From: Podarcis cretensis
Lineage: Eukaryota
Direction of reading: 5' to 3'
DNA length: 64,000 bases
Assembly: GCA_951804945.1 (NCBI GenBank)
Contig: OX638154.1
Coordinates: 71,734,001-71,798,000, forward strand
Both the position numbers and the translations under genes were made by a program. Numbering within the stretch: position 1 is the stretch's first letter; each line of letters opens with the position of its first letter. This document shows, piece after piece, positions 63,257 to 64,000 of the stretch. The notes beneath the pieces were generated by a model. The model did not search any database. It saw only the letters and a list, made by a program, of their open reading frames with translations, and had not been told where the DNA came from.

Positions 63257-63820
63257 GCCTGGCACTGGTCGTCGCCTCTCTCCGCCTGGGGGCTAGTTGC
63301 TGGGCGCCGCCGCCGCCGCTGCTGCGCGCAAGGGTCCCCCTGAGGGAGACGGCGAGCGCGGCAGCCCGGAGCCCGGCTGGCAGGAGCGCCCCATGGTCCG
63401 CTCGCTCTCTCTTCTCTCGCTGCTGCTGCTCACTACATATTTGGCATAGCTGAGCGGGGTGAGAGGGCGCCCTGCAATGCGCATGCCTTGCTGCCAGCAG
63501 CTGGGCTGAGCGCTCTCGCAGGAGCCTCGCGCACACGGCCTGCCGCCGCCGCCGCCGCCTCCTCGTTCCAGCCCCGAGGCTGCACAGGCTGGGATAGGAC
63601 GTCGGAGAACAACAGGAGAGGCGAAGTTTTTTTTTCTTTTTTCTTTTACCCCGCGCACCTCCTCCCCTCCCCACGCGCAGGGGCGGGGCGAGCGCCTCTC
63701 CCTCTCCCCTCCTTCGCCTGGAAATTAACCCTTTAACTGGCCCCTCTAAGGCACCTACTATGCGCGAGCCTCAGTGAGCCTCCCTTGGGCAGGGAATTGG
63801 GCTTAGCCGCGAGGCTGCTT
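61880..63820. promoter_or_regulatory. CpG island / SYDE2 promoter and exon 1
   Basis: Very high GC and CpG density, GC box GGGCGGGGCG near 63681, (GCC)n runs. Confidence 0.9.
63293..63394 (-). promoter_or_regulatory. uORF (33 aa) in putative SYDE2 5' UTR, in frame with the main ORF
   Basis: accATGg context at 63394; TAG at 63295-63293; 138 nt upstream of the main ATG. Confidence 0.55.
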
Positions 63821-64000
63821 AGCTTTCTTCTCCCTTTTTCTGGGGAGGCTCCTCTGCCTTTGATAGCTAGAGCCCAGGGCAGTGGTTCTCAAAGGGTGTG
63901 GCAGGCGAAGGAGATGATGGCAAGTGGCTCAGGAAGATTCAAAGACAATCCAAAAACATTTAAACGTTTCAGTATAGCATAGCATAGCAATAACTGGGGT

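Noticed and set aside
63257-63265. ORF-track start MPG at 63265
   Set aside because: The codon is GTG; the first ATG after the in-frame TAG is 63256.
61654-63453. Long overlapping ORFs in other frames and strands (e.g. 61809-62780 -, 62527-63453 +, 61654-62430 +)
   Set aside because: Expected in very GC-rich, stop-poor CpG-island sequence; Arg/Pro/Ala low complexity with no recognisable domain.

Overview
This is vertebrate genomic DNA, most likely from a lacertid lizard (inferred from Sauria-type SINEs and squamate-like L2, CR1 and Penelope remnants). It holds two convergent genes in the same tail-to-tail order as human 1p22.3. On +, the 3' part of DNAI3/WDR63 (dynein intermediate chain, WD40) has 14 coding exons from 1034 to 16978, about 545 C-terminal aa; its 5' exons lie outside the window. 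On -, SYDE2 (C2 + RhoGAP) is complete, with 7 coding exons from 63256 to 25764 (4275 nt, 1424 aa) and a CpG-island promoter at the right end. All exon boundaries were checked by hand for GT-AG and phase continuity. Introns are rich in Tc1/mariner and hAT MITEs, SINEs, LINE fragments and a solo LTR. Most notable: (1) very young Penelope-derived mini-insertions in SYDE2 introns carrying minimal type-I hammerhead ribozyme motifs, one inside a perfect 59-bp hairpin, plus an older Penelope copy with a decayed motif; (2) a 207-aa in-frame N-terminal extension of SYDE2 upstream of the MHDLPP start I recall for the human protein, preceded by a strong-Kozak uORF in the same frame; (3) a sense-oriented solo LTR poly(A) signal inside SYDE2; (4) a SINE-in-MITE chimera. 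Gene and TE family names come from recalled sequences, not database searches.
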